From NCBI GenBank assembly GCA_003510435.1, contig DOMK01000013.1:12135-76134 (forward strand): DNA of 64,000 nucleotides. Direction: 5' to 3'. Both the position numbers and the translations under genes were made by a program. Positions 17,385 to 26,226 of the stretch are shown piece by piece. Numbering within the stretch: the stretch's first letter is position 1; the number at the start of each line of letters is the position of its first letter. The notes under the pieces are model-generated. The model had not been told where the DNA came from, searched no databases, and was given only the letters and a program-made list of their open reading frames with translations. This DNA comes from Candidatus Magasanikiibacteriota bacterium. GTDB lineage: Bacteria > Patescibacteriota > Patescibacteriia > Magasanikbacterales > UBA922.

Positions 17385-18464
17385 ATGCGCAAAGAAATCC
17401 TCCTCTCCTACTTCCCAAAAATTACTTCCCGACGCTACCAGCAATTGGTGGCCGTTTTTGATAATTTAGATAATGTTTGGAATGCAAATAGAGATGAAAT
17501 TATAAAAACTGGCTGGAAAGAAGACATTGTTGATCAATTTTTTATTTGGAAAGAAAAACTGGATGAAAACAAAATAGAACGAATTATAGAACAAGAGGAA
17601 ATATATTGCATAACAAAAGATGATGATAATTATCCAGCTTTGCTTAAAGAAATTTATGATCCCCCATTTTGTTTATTTGTCCGCGGTGAATTCAAGCCTG
17701 ATGACTTTTCTTTGGCCGTGGTTGGTACCAGAAAATTTTCTCCCTATGGTAAACAAGTGACAGGAGAATTAGTTTCTGAATTGGCTCACCAAGGCATCAC
17801 TATTATTAGTGGATTAGCCATTGGCATTGATTGCCTAGCTCATGAAGCTACTCTCAAAGCTGGTGGAAAAACAATTGCTGTGCTTGGCAGTGGTATAAAT
17901 AAACAACATATTTATCCTGGACAAAATAAAGATCTAGCCGAAAGAATAATCAAGTCTGGTGGAGCTCTGATATCAGAATATCCCCCGGGAACTCTGCCTT
18001 CAAAATTTACTTTTCCCCGTCGAAACCGCATTGTGGCTGGCATGTCCTTAGGAACACTGGTAATTGAAGCCCCAGAAGGCTCTGGAGCACTAATTACGGC
18101 TCAATGTTCACTTGATAATGACCGCGAAGTCTTTTCTGTACCACAAAATATAAATAGTGCCAATTCCTCAGGCCCAAATGAACTAATCAAAAATGGCGCC
18201 CAATTGGTCACCAAAGCTAGTGATATTTTAGACGCTCTAAATTTACAAGATGTAAAAAAGTATATTTCTAACCAAGCCATCATTCCTGATTCTCCTGTAG
18301 AAGCCAAAATATTGGACAACCTAACCCGCGAACCAATCCATATTGATGAACTAACAAAAAAATGTGAACTTGACAGTTCTAGTACAAATGCTACACTTAT
18401 ACTTATGGAAATGAAAGGTAAAGTGAGGAATCTGGGTGGAATGATGTACGTTTTAGGGCGATAA
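17385..18464 (+). CDS. dprA: DNA-processing protein DprA (Smf)
   Basis: 359 aa. Rossmann-like DprA core (GLAIGIDCLAHEATLKAGGKTIAVLGSGI) and a C-terminal winged-helix-like tail. Confidence 0.85.
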   Translation: MRKEILLSYFPKITSRRYQQLVAVFDNLDNVWNANRDEIIKTGWKEDIVDQFFIWKEKLDENKIERIIEQEEIYCITKDDDNYPALLKEIYDPPFCLFVRGEFKPDDFSLAVVGTRKFSPYGKQVTGELVSELAHQGITIISGLAIGIDCLAHEATLKAGGKTIAVLGSGINKQHIYPGQNKDLAERIIKSGGALISEYPPGTLPSKFTFPRRNRIVAGMSLGTLVIEAPEGSGALITAQCSLDNDREVFSVPQNINSANSSGPNELIKNGAQLVTKASDILDALNLQDVKKYISNQAIIPDSPVEAKILDNLTREPIHIDELTKKCELDSSSTNATLILMEMKGKVRNLGGMMYVLGR

Positions 18465-18471
18465 CACTTGT

Positions 18472-18536
18472 CATTCCGAGCGAAACCGATTCGCATCGGC
18501 TGACGAGGTCGAAGATACCCGTAAGGGTGAATCCCT
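18472..18536. repeat. GC-rich short structured element (cattccgag ... acgaggtcgaagata ... gtgaatcc) with an internal hairpin ccgattcgcatcgg
   Basis: Sits just after the dprA stop. Shares blocks with the element after the secY start (about 50598-50641). GC-rich against an AT-rich background. Confidence 0.55.
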
Positions 18537-18639
18537 TTCTTAAATTTACAATTCTAATTACTAATTTAAAAATATAAATCAATTCTATGATTTAATTATA
18601 ATTATTTAATCTTCTAATCATTAAATCCTAAATATTTTT

Positions 18640-19311
18640 ATGAAAAATCTAACCACCAAACAAACAATCTTCACAATTTTATTCATCCTCGCTGGTTTTG
18701 GCCTCATGCAAATCCCGTTTACAAAAATTATTGGTTCTAGTTTAAAATTTTCCTTATTTGATTTTTACGGTCCAATTGCTGGCAGTTTTGTTGGGTCAAT
18801 CTGGGGTCTAATTGTCGTGGGTGCGATGCAATTAATTAATTGGGGTTGGCATGGTTTTACTTTGGACGTTTCAACTATAATTCGTCTTTTCCCAGTTTTA
18901 TTTTCTGTTCTTTACTTTGCTCGCAAATCAAAATGGATGATACTTGTTCCAGCGGTTTGTATGATTGCTTTTTGGGCCAATCCTGAAGGAAGAAATGCTT
19001 GGCCATATGCGCTGTATTGGTTAATTCCAATCGCTTCATATTTCTGGCATGAAAAATCAATTATCCTCCGCGCCCTTGGTACCACTTTTACTGCTCACGC
19101 TGTGGGTGGAGCTCTGTGGGTTTGGTTCATTGGTATGAAATCTGAAATCTGGATGAGTCTAATTCCAATCGTTTGGAAAGAAAGAGGTCTCATGGCCATT
19201 GGCATTGTCGTCACTTACATTGTATTCAACTATTTATTTAGTATGGTAGTTAATAAATTTCACATTCAATTGCCATTTGTAAAATTGAATCCAAAATATT
19301 CATTAAAATAA
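18640..19311 (+). CDS. polytopic membrane protein, possibly an ECF-transporter S component
   Basis: 223 aa with about 6 TM helices. Lies immediately upstream of a folC-like gene; the S-component idea rests on size, topology and adjacency only. Confidence 0.3.
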   Translation: MKNLTTKQTIFTILFILAGFGLMQIPFTKIIGSSLKFSLFDFYGPIAGSFVGSIWGLIVVGAMQLINWGWHGFTLDVSTIIRLFPVLFSVLYFARKSKWMILVPAVCMIAFWANPEGRNAWPYALYWLIPIASYFWHEKSIILRALGTTFTAHAVGGALWVWFIGMKSEIWMSLIPIVWKERGLMAIGIVVTYIVFNYLFSMVVNKFHIQLPFVKLNPKYSLK

Positions 19312-19323
19312 AAAAATAAAAAA

Positions 19324-19355
19324 CACCCCGACAACAGATCGGGGTGATTTAATTT
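19324..19355 (+). terminator. hairpin (caccccg-N9-cggggtg) plus T-rich tail
   Basis: 7-bp GC stem followed by atttaattt, between the membrane gene and the folC-like ATG. Confidence 0.4.
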
Positions 19356-20738
19356 ATGAATTTTGATCAAGCCTACAATTTCATTCTTTCTTTAAGCAAC
19401 CTACCACGAAAAGAATACATGACCGATCCACGACATTGTGGTTGGTATCTTAAACGTCTACAATTTTTTTTAGATTTAATAGGCAATCCAGAAAAGAAAA
19501 TCCCCCACTATATTCATGTGACCGGTACGAGTGGTAAAGGTTCGGTGACAGCCTATCTACATTCTATTCTTCAGGCTTCTGGAAATAAAGTTGGTTCCAC
19601 CTACTCTCCCCACCCCACCATAATTACTGAACGCTGGAAAGTGGAAAACAAATTCATGACCAAAAAAGAATTTGCTGAGATTGTTGAATATATAAAGCCA
19701 AAACTTGATGAATACATTGCCAAAACTCCTTATGACATGTTATCTTTTTTTGAAGTCACAGAAGCGATTGGTCTATTATTTTTTGCAAGAAAAAAAATAA
19801 AATGGGCCGTAATGGAAGTAGCTTGTGGCGGTCGAACTGATGCGAGTAATATTATTCCTTGGAAAGATGTAGCTATAATAACAAATATTGGCGTAGACCA
19901 TATCGGAGTTCTAGGTAATAACAAAAAAGAAATTGCCTATGAAAAAGCTGGCATAATCAAAAAAGGCTCCAGTGTTTTTACCATGGAAAAAAATTCTCAG
20001 ATAAGAAAAATGATTGAAAATGAATGTAAAATACAAAAAATTAAAAACTACTATTATATAAAATCTGGCAAGTTATCAAATGCTGGCATAAACTCAAATG
20101 GCAGTACTTTCGCTTATCATGACGAAACTTTTCAGACTCACGCTCTTGGCCAACATCAAATAAAAAACATTATTCTCTGTATAGAAGTAGCCAAACATTT
20201 AAAAATTTCTACTCATGACATCCAAAAAGGCTTGGGCCATGTCTACCAGCCACTAAGAATGGAAGTCATAAACAAACATCCATTAATAATCTTAGATGGT
20301 GCCCACAATCCTGACAAAATGAGAACCACAGTTGATACACTCAAGCACCTTAGCACCCAAACACCCGAGCACCAGTCTAAAAACTATAACCTACCTGCCC
20401 GCGATGCTAATGCAAGCGTTGCAGGCGGGAAACCTAAAACCTGTAATCTACATTTAATCGTCGGTTTTTCTGGAGACAAAAATATTTCTAAAATGATAAA
20501 ACAACTAGCAACTCTTAAACCAAAAACTATTGCTATTACCAGAAATACCACTAACCCTTTTCGCAAGGTCGCTGATCTACAAATAGTGACCAAATCATTT
20601 AAAAAGTTATTACCAAAAGCTCAAATAAAAATATTTCTTGATCCTCAGACAGCGTTTGACTGGAGTAAAAAACAAACCAAAAAAAATGATATTCTTCTCT
20701 CTACTGGTTCTATCTTTACCAGTGGACAATTGAGGTAA
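19356..20738 (+). CDS. Mur-ligase family protein, folylpolyglutamate synthase/dihydrofolate synthase-like
   Basis: 460 aa. P-loop HVTGTSGKGS and the Mur ligase central and C-terminal layout. Contains a 36-bp in-frame GC-rich element (aa 347-358). Confidence 0.7.
   Translation: MNFDQAYNFILSLSNLPRKEYMTDPRHCGWYLKRLQFFLDLIGNPEKKIPHYIHVTGTSGKGSVTAYLHSILQASGNKVGSTYSPHPTIITERWKVENKFMTKKEFAEIVEYIKPKLDEYIAKTPYDMLSFFEVTEAIGLLFFARKKIKWAVMEVACGGRTDASNIIPWKDVAIITNIGVDHIGVLGNNKKEIAYEKAGIIKKGSSVFTMEKNSQIRKMIENECKIQKIKNYYYIKSGKLSNAGINSNGSTFAYHDETFQTHALGQHQIKNIILCIEVAKHLKISTHDIQKGLGHVYQPLRMEVINKHPLIILDGAHNPDKMRTTVDTLKHLSTQTPEHQSKNYNLPARDANASVAGGKPKTCNLHLIVGFSGDKNISKMIKQLATLKPKTIAITRNTTNPFRKVADLQIVTKSFKKLLPKAQIKIFLDPQTAFDWSKKQTKKNDILLSTGSIFTSGQLR
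20394..20429. repeat. 36-bp GC-rich element inserted in frame (encodes PARDANASVAGG)
   Basis: cctgcccgcgatgctaatgcaagcgttgcaggcggg. A second copy lies in reverse orientation at about 34416-34454, encoding PARNASASVAGG. Confidence 0.7.
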
Positions 20739-20778
20739 AATTGACAATTCATTCTAAACCAGGTAAACTGGATGTCAT

Positions 20779-23049
20779 ATGTCAAAACTTGTCATAGTAG
20801 AATCTCCTACTAAAGCCAAAACAATTTCCAAATTCTTGGGTTCAGGATTCGTGGTCGAATCCTCTTTTGGTCATTTACGCGATTTACCAAAAAGCAAAAT
20901 GGGAATTGATATTGAAGGTGGCACTTTTGAACCAGACTATGTCATTCCTAAAGATAAAGCTCCTCAAGTAAAAAAACTAAAAGATTTAGCCAAAAAAAGC
21001 AGTGAAATCATATTCGCCACTGACGAGGATCGCGAAGGTGAAGCCATTTCTTGGCATTTAGCCAAGATTTTTGAAGTAGACCCTAGCCAGGCCAAAAGAA
21101 TTGCTTTTCATGAAATTACCAAAACTGCCATAGAAGAAGCTTTGGCACATCCTAGAAATATTGATCAAAAACTGGTAGATGCTCAACAAGCACGGAGAAT
21201 CTTGGATCGTTTGGTTGGTTATGAACTATCACCAATGCTTTGGAAAAAAGTGGCTCGCGGTCTATCGGCCGGACGGGTTCAGTCTGTAGCTGTCAGATTG
21301 GTAGTAGAAAAAGAACGAGAAATTAAAAAATTTGTACCAGAAGAATATTGGTCTTTGGATGGAATTTTTAACAAACTTAATGATGAACAAACATTTTTGG
21401 CCAAGCTATATTCAGTTGCGGGCAAAAAATTAGATCATCTAGATTTAAAAAACGGTGAGGAAGTAGATAAAATTATAACTGATTTAAAAACTGCTGAATA
21501 TTTTATTTCTGATATTAATGAGAGAGAAGCTAAACGTACTCCCCCGCCACCATTTACCACTTCCACTTTACAGCAGGCTGGCAATCAAAAATTAGGCTAT
21601 TCTTCCAAACAAATTATGCGTTTGGCCCAACAACTTTATGAAGGTGTAGAAATTGGTACTGGTGGCCAAGTTGGTCTCATCACCTACATGCGCACAGATT
21701 CATTAAATCTATCTGACAAATTTATTGATGAAACTAATAATTTTATCAAACAAAATTTTGGTGCAGACTACTGTCTAGACAAAGCCAGGCGTTATAAAAA
21801 CAAAAGTAAGAATGCTCAGGAAGCTCATGAAGCCATTCGCCCCACTGACCCAAACATAAAACCAGACGCGATTAAAGACTATCTATCTCCTCAACAATAT
21901 AGACTTTATTCTCTAATTTGGAAACGAGCTGTCGCTACCCAGATGGCTGTCGCTCAACTAAACAAAGTCTCGGTTATAATTTCTGCCAATCAATACCAAT
22001 TTAAAGCTTCTGGTCAATCTATTAAATTTGCTGGCTGGTTAAAATTATACCCAGACAGTATCAAGGAAGAAATGCTCCCCAATCTTGAATTGAAAGAAAA
22101 AATCAATTGTGCCGAATTAAAATCTGAACAACATTTTACTGAACCACCTGCTCGCTATTCTGATGCGACATTAGTAAAAATTATGGAAGAATATGGCATT
22201 GGCCGACCATCTACCTATGCCCCAACTATTGCGACGATTGAAGCCCGTGGTTATGTAGAGAGGGATGAAAATAAAAAACTTAAACCAAATGATATTGCTT
22301 TTGTAGTTAATGATCTGCTAGTAGAACATTTTTCTAAAATTGTAGACTATCAATTTACGGCTCAACTAGAAGAAAACTTGGATGAAATTGCTCTGGGTAC
22401 AAAAGATTGGCAACCAATCATTGCGACTTTTTATTCTGAATTCCACAATAACTTAGTCCAAAAAAATGATGAACTAACCAAAGAAAATACTGTTGGCATG
22501 CGAGAACTGGGCACTGATCCAAAATCTGGCAAACCAATTTATGTGCGCATTGGCCGGTTTGGACCATACGTCCAAAAAGGTTCAAAAGATGACGAGGAAA
22601 AACCAGCCTTTGCTTCTCTAAAAAAAGATCAGAGCATAGAAACTGTCACTCTAGCTGATGCTTTGGAATTATTCAAACTCCCCCGAATTTTGGGACAAGA
22701 TGAAGATGGACATGATATTATTGCTAATATTGGACGTTATGGACCGTATGTTCAAGTAGAAAAAAAATATTACTCTATAAAAGAAAAAGATCCTTACACA
22801 ATAGAATTGGCTGATGCCTTACAAATTATTAAAGATGCTAAAGAAGTAGAGGCTAATAAAATTATTAAAGCATTTACTGACTCAACCATTCAAATATTAA
22901 ACGGACGTTATGGTCCATACATTACTGACGGCACAAAAAATGCCAAAATCCCCAAAGATAAAGAACCGTCTGAACTTACTCTGGAAGAATGTGATGACCT
23001 AATAAAAAATGCCCCGGATAAAAAAACAAAATGGAGACGAAAAAAATAA
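20779..23049 (+). CDS. topA: DNA topoisomerase I
   Basis: 756 aa. TOPRIM N-terminus (ESPTKAK...DEDREGE), the catalytic Tyr region and a C-terminal Zn-ribbon-like repeat region. Confidence 0.9.
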   Translation: MSKLVIVESPTKAKTISKFLGSGFVVESSFGHLRDLPKSKMGIDIEGGTFEPDYVIPKDKAPQVKKLKDLAKKSSEIIFATDEDREGEAISWHLAKIFEVDPSQAKRIAFHEITKTAIEEALAHPRNIDQKLVDAQQARRILDRLVGYELSPMLWKKVARGLSAGRVQSVAVRLVVEKEREIKKFVPEEYWSLDGIFNKLNDEQTFLAKLYSVAGKKLDHLDLKNGEEVDKIITDLKTAEYFISDINEREAKRTPPPPFTTSTLQQAGNQKLGYSSKQIMRLAQQLYEGVEIGTGGQVGLITYMRTDSLNLSDKFIDETNNFIKQNFGADYCLDKARRYKNKSKNAQEAHEAIRPTDPNIKPDAIKDYLSPQQYRLYSLIWKRAVATQMAVAQLNKVSVIISANQYQFKASGQSIKFAGWLKLYPDSIKEEMLPNLELKEKINCAELKSEQHFTEPPARYSDATLVKIMEEYGIGRPSTYAPTIATIEARGYVERDENKKLKPNDIAFVVNDLLVEHFSKIVDYQFTAQLEENLDEIALGTKDWQPIIATFYSEFHNNLVQKNDELTKENTVGMRELGTDPKSGKPIYVRIGRFGPYVQKGSKDDEEKPAFASLKKDQSIETVTLADALELFKLPRILGQDEDGHDIIANIGRYGPYVQVEKKYYSIKEKDPYTIELADALQIIKDAKEVEANKIIKAFTDSTIQILNGRYGPYITDGTKNAKIPKDKEPSELTLEECDDLIKNAPDKKTKWRRKK

Positions 23050-23107
23050 ACACGGAAATCACGGAAAATAAGGAGCATACGGAAAAAAATAAAAGAATAT
23101 TTGAGAG

Positions 23108-23130
23108 CAGACAAACATGTCTGTTCTTTT
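23108..23130 (+). terminator. hairpin cagaca-aaca-tgtctg plus T-rich tail, after topA
   Basis: 6-bp stem followed by ttctttt. It is nested inside a longer inverted repeat (cacggaaat ... atttccgtg) spanning 23051-23166. Confidence 0.4.
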
Positions 23131-23495
23131 ATTCCGTGCAATTCCTATCTTCCTTATTTCCGTGTATAAAAAACACCACTACAAGTGGCGTCCTTTAGTA
23201 GCGGCGAGGAGGATGCCTCAATGCCATTGGTGATGTTAAGGCTCTCTTACCGCTACGGTCATAACTATAACAATAAATTCTCAAAAAAGCAAGATTTGAC
23301 CAAAAACACCAGTAATTTTAAAAAAATACAAAAGAAAAACCCCCGTCATACGACTGGGGTTTATCTTAGGCTTTTAGGTTTCCTGACCTTAACATCACTG
23401 ACCACAATATACCATATTTTTACCAGTTTGTCAAGATCTTGCACCTCATCTTAAGTAAAAATTATGTATTTTTAGCCTAATTTTATATATAAAAC

Positions 23496-25019
23496 TTGCA
23501 AAATTCATTAAAATTTGATACAAATAAAGGTATGCCAAACAAAAAACAAACAATTGAATCTTTACTCGAAAAAGTAAAAACATACACAAAAAAAGCTGAT
23601 CTAGATATAATCCGCCTAGCTTATGATTTTGCTGATAATGCCCACAATGGTCAGACTAGAAAATCTGGCGAACCATACATTGTTCATCCTTTAGCTACGG
23701 CTCACTTTTTGGCGGACATGCGGATTGACCCCGTCATCTTAACTGCCGCCCTACTCCATGATGTCCCAGAAGATACTGATGTCACGTTGGATGAAATAGA
23801 AAAAAACTTTGGCTCAGAAATTGCGTCACTAGTTCAAGGAATTACCAAATTAGGAAAATTAAAATATCGCGGAGTGGAACGCTATATCGAAAACCTGCGT
23901 AAAATGTTTGTGGCTATGGCCGAAGATGTTCGCGTTATGATTATCAAATTTGCTGATCGGATCCACAATCTGACAACTTTGGGAGCACTACCACCCCAAA
24001 AACAATACCGCATTGCCTTGGAAAGTTTAGAAATTTATGCGCCAATTGCTAATCGTTTGGGTATAGGAGAAATCAAGGGTATTTTAGAAGATCTGTCTTT
24101 TGAATATGTCTACCCAAAAGAATATCAGAGAGTAAAACAAATTAGAGATGAAAAACTCAAAGGCAAGGATGAATTTTTAAGACAAATTCAAGAAGATATA
24201 AAAAATGAATTGTTAAATACTGGTATAAAGACAGTTTCGATTGACGGCAGAAATAAAAGATTATATAGTTTATACCAAAAACTCCAACGTAAAGATCATG
24301 ATATTACTCAAGTTTATGACTTGGTGGCTATTAGAATTATTGTTCCAACCATTGCCGATTGTTATGCTTCCTTAGGTATATTACACAAACATTGGCGACC
24401 ACTAAAAGGCAGAATAAAAGATTATATTTCCCAACCAAAACCAAATGGTTACCAATCACTCCACACCACTGTCTTTTCTGATAATGGAGAAATTATTGAA
24501 TTTCAAATTAGAACTCCAGAGATGCATGATGATGCTGAATATGGTGTTGCTGCTCATTGGCACTACGACGAACATTGTTCAAAACGTCCGGCCAGAGAAA
24601 TCACTTGGATAAAAGAACTAGCTGAAATTCAAAAGGATATTTTAAATAAATTATCAGATTTAGAAGAAATAAAAATAGATTTTTTACAAAATAGAATTTT
24701 CGTTTTCACCCCCAAAGGTGACGTGATTGATTTACCTGAAGGTGCCACTCCAGTTGATTTTGCTTATCATATTCACACCGACATTGGTGATAAATGCAAT
24801 GGCGCCAGAATAAATGAACAAATGGCTAGTCTAGATACTGAATTAAAAAATGGTGACGTAATAGAAATTGTGATAGATAAAAATCGCAAAGGCCCTAGCC
24901 AAGATTGGTTAAATTTTATAAAAACTCATACTGCCAAAACTCATGTGACCAATTATCTAAAAGACAAACAAAAAGGCAAAATTGCTGACTGGTTTAAATA
25001 TGTTCTGCCAAAAAAATAG
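23496..25019 (+). CDS. RelA/SpoT-homologue (p)ppGpp synthetase/hydrolase, short form
   Basis: 507 aa. HD domain (HPLATAHFLA, HDVPED), a synthetase domain (YQSLHTTV) and a TGS domain. No ACT domain. Confidence 0.85.
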   Translation: MQNSLKFDTNKGMPNKKQTIESLLEKVKTYTKKADLDIIRLAYDFADNAHNGQTRKSGEPYIVHPLATAHFLADMRIDPVILTAALLHDVPEDTDVTLDEIEKNFGSEIASLVQGITKLGKLKYRGVERYIENLRKMFVAMAEDVRVMIIKFADRIHNLTTLGALPPQKQYRIALESLEIYAPIANRLGIGEIKGILEDLSFEYVYPKEYQRVKQIRDEKLKGKDEFLRQIQEDIKNELLNTGIKTVSIDGRNKRLYSLYQKLQRKDHDITQVYDLVAIRIIVPTIADCYASLGILHKHWRPLKGRIKDYISQPKPNGYQSLHTTVFSDNGEIIEFQIRTPEMHDDAEYGVAAHWHYDEHCSKRPAREITWIKELAEIQKDILNKLSDLEEIKIDFLQNRIFVFTPKGDVIDLPEGATPVDFAYHIHTDIGDKCNGARINEQMASLDTELKNGDVIEIVIDKNRKGPSQDWLNFIKTHTAKTHVTNYLKDKQKGKIADWFKYVLPKK

Positions 25020-25127
25020 CATTGATTTCACTGATTAATAAATGATTACACAGAAAAACTCCTCAACAAATGTTGAGGAGTTTTTTAATCTGCGAAATCA
25101 TTTTTCAAAATCAGTGAAATCAATGTT
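25020..25127. repeat. TIR-bounded spacer element (gcattgatttcactgatt ... aatcagtgaaatcaatg), family copy A
   Basis: The termini are inverted repeats of each other. The same termini recur at 36381-36470, 41489-41532, 48480-48552, 52760-52844, 54564-54661, 55518-55626 and 58459-58565. Confidence 0.65.
25054..25086. terminator. bidirectional intrinsic terminator between convergent genes
   Basis: aaaaa-ctcctcaac-aaat-gttgaggag-tttttt: a 9-bp stem with A- and T-runs on either side. It lies at the centre of the 25020-25127 repeat element. Confidence 0.65.
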
Positions 25128-25991
25128 TTAACTCAATTCGCTTATCAATCTCTTCAACTCTTCTTTAGAATAATATTCCACCACAATTGTCCCCTTTTCA
25201 CCTTTTTGGGTTATGTAAACCTTAGTACCCAATCTCTCTTCCAAAACTTGCTCAGCCGATATTAAATTTGGATCACGCCGAACAGAACCCTTGCGTGAAC
25301 CTGGTCCTTTTTGCGCTATTACTTGTTCCACATCTCTCACAGTCATCTTCTCACCCATCATACTGGCAAAAACATCTAGTTGTTCTTTTTCATCTCTAAG
25401 ACTTAAAAGAGACTTGGCTTTACCGACACTAATTTTATTATCAATCAAAGCTTTTTGAATTACTTCTGGCAAAGACAACAGACGAACTAAATTGGCAACC
25501 GAAGAACGACTCTTACCAACTTGTTCAGACACATCTTCTTGAGTAAGACCAAATTCATCAATTAACCTCTGATAAGCAAAAGCTTCTTCAACTGGATTAA
25601 GATCTTGACGTTGAATATTTTCTATCAAAGCTAATTCTAATTTTTGCTGTTGATTGGCACTGCGAACAATTGCTGGGACAGTGGCCAAACCAGCAATGGC
25701 AGACGCTCGTAAACGCCTTTCACCAGCAATCAATTCATAACCACCGTCAGACTTTTCTGTCACGACTAGTGGTTGTAAAATGCCGTGTTTTTTAATTGAA
25801 GCTACCAAATCTTCCAAATCAGAATGAGAAAATTCTCGACGTGGCTGTTCAGAATTAGGTACGATTTCTGAAATTGGAATATGCCAAATTTTATCATTAT
25901 CATTATTAAGAATACCTGTTTCGCGATGAATCATTTTTCTAAAAGTGCTTTGCTGTGGTATAAGTGAATTGAGTCCTTTACCTAGAGCCAT
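25128..25991 (-). CDS. parB: chromosome partitioning protein ParB (Spo0J)
   Basis: 287 aa. ParB N-terminal box (GERRLRAS), an HTH and a C-terminal dimerisation region. Confidence 0.85.
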   Translation of the reverse strand: MALGKGLNSLIPQQSTFRKMIHRETGILNNDNDKIWHIPISEIVPNSEQPRREFSHSDLEDLVASIKKHGILQPLVVTEKSDGGYELIAGERRLRASAIAGLATVPAIVRSANQQQKLELALIENIQRQDLNPVEEAFAYQRLIDEFGLTQEDVSEQVGKSRSSVANLVRLLSLPEVIQKALIDNKISVGKAKSLLSLRDEKEQLDVFASMMGEKMTVRDVEQVIAQKGPGSRKGSVRRDPNLISAEQVLEERLGTKVYITQKGEKGTIVVEYYSKEELKRLISELS

Positions 25992-26198
25992 ATTTTTTAC
26001 TAATCCCGAACCCGCCGTAGTCCGTCAGCTGACGGACGAAGGTGGGGAGGGATCCCTTTTCTATGAATCAAAGGCTGGATTACACCCAAACCTTCGTACC
26101 AGTCGAAAGCGAGATCTCTCCACTCGGAGTTAAATTTATTAATTAATTATTCTATGAAAGTTTTATTATTATTTGGCGTCATGATGACACGGAAAAGG

Positions 26199-26226
26199 GA
26201 TTCCTCACTGACGTTCGGAATGAAGG
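26199..26226. repeat. GC-rich cattccga...ggaatc element overlapping the parA 3' end
   Basis: gattcctcactgacgttcggaatgaag. Its reverse complement encodes the last residues HSERQ and the stop of ParA. Confidence 0.5.

Noticed and set aside
23185-23454. 89-aa ORF downstream of topA
   Set aside because: Low-complexity composition with no RBS. It overlaps a GC-rich structured region (hairpins gtagcgg...ccgctac and aaacccc...ggggttt) that is more plausibly non-coding.
25945-26133. 62-aa ORF in the parA-parB spacer
   Set aside because: It is a read-through of a GC-rich palindromic region and runs antisense into the parB start. There is no RBS and the composition is dictated by the repeats.
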